Positions 63,202 to 64,000 of a DNA stretch of 64,000 bases are shown here, in pieces. Under the pieces are notes generated by a model, which was given only the letters and a program-made list of their open reading frames with translations, did no database searches and was not told where the DNA came from. The DNA lies in contig JBHGNT010000108.1 of NCBI GenBank assembly GCA_043228905.1, forward strand, positions 1 through 64,000. Reading direction: 5' to 3'. The position numbers and the translations under genes were made by a program. Each line of letters opens with the position of its first letter. Position 1 is the stretch's first letter. The stretch is from Azolla caroliniana. Lineage: Eukaryota; Plantae; Polypodiophyta.

Positions 63202-64000
63202 CGAAGAGGTCGTTGCCTCTGTGTATTACCGCCGCCTGTGGCGAAGACAGTGAGCTCAAGGTCGTTGCCTTGTAGCTTCACCATTGTACACCTCTGTTTA
63301 TAGTGATAGTTGGAGTTTGAGGACTCCCGTGGTTTTTCCCATCTAGGGTTTTCCACGTAAAACATCCTGTGTACTCTTTTCTCTATTACCTTTGTGCATT
63401 TTGTATTTCCCGTTTTCTGAGAGTTGATCCTATTCCTCGGTTGTGGCCGAGCGCTGTTTTGCAACATGAGGGAGAGCCGGAAAGCTTCGAAGAAGCGAAG
63501 GATGACACCCACAGCCGCAAATGGTTGAGTGCCATGCAGGATGAGATGGATTCCCTAAATGAGAACCATACATATGAATTGGTAGAGTTGCCGAAAGGAA
63601 ATCGGGCACTCCGAAACAAGTGGATGTACAAGTTGAAACGGGAGATGCCGGTAACCCCCCGAGGTACAAAGCCAGGATCGTGGTAAAGGGATTCCAGTAG
63701 AAGAAGGGCATGGACTTCGACGAGATATTTGCCCCGGTAGTAAAGATGACCTCCATCCGGACGGTGCTGAGTATAGCGGCAAGCATGGACCTCGAGGTAG
63801 AGCAGCTAGACGTGAAGACAACATTCCTTCACGGTGACCTCGAAGAGGAGATCTACATGCAGCAACCGGAAGGATTCGTGGAGAAGGGGAAGGAGCACCT
63901 GGTATGCCGGTTGAAGAAGAGCCTGTACGGACTGAAGCAGGCTCCCCGACAATGGTACCGGAAGTTCGACTCCTTCATGACCGATCAAGGGTACCACAAG
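59655..64000 (+). mobile_element. Degenerate Ty1/copia element related to 53261-58590, running off the window end
   Basis: 5' LTR about 59655-60347 (start imprecise); PBS 60351-60362; gag, PR, INT and RT with stops and frameshifts. Confidence 0.92.
62806..63466 (+). mobile_element. Solo LTR (661 bp) of the same copia family, nested between INT and RT
   Basis: TGTTGGGATTACGGTCCC...GCAACA; 5-bp TSD TGAGG; the host frame LLTNE|GEPESF is split. Confidence 0.93.

Overview
A TE-dense plant nuclear window. Evidence: GT-AG introns, TTTAGGG repeats, Met-i tRNA-primed Ty1/copia elements and hAT MITEs; a non-seed plant such as a fern or lycophyte is only my inference. The only host gene family I can support is a tandem array of CYP85-clan cytochrome P450s of the CYP716/CYP725 type, nearly all on the minus strand. 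Two three-exon genes are intact (A 5574-7283, 493 aa; C 43910-45598, 488 aa). One copy has a single visible nonsense codon (B 24789-26484), two sister pseudogenes are split by nested TEs (E 35358-42828, F 52005-59155), and there are four smaller fragments. The array grew by segmental duplication and was invaded by TEs. These include an intact, very young copia element (53261-58590), degenerate copia and gypsy elements, several solo LTRs with clean TSDs, hAT elements and MITEs, L1 remnants, and a near-complete RTEX-like LINE (36521-42168). There is also a Penelope-like retroelement carrying an intact minimal hammerhead ribozyme (15850-15902), followed by tandem 3' modules containing telomeric repeats. 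The most notable items are this Penelope-like/hammerhead/telomere-repeat complex, the rewired promoter of intact gene C (an LTR stub plus four 271-bp tandem copies), the RTEX-like LINE, and active-site diversification of the P450 paralogues. All alignments were done by eye; no database searches were run.
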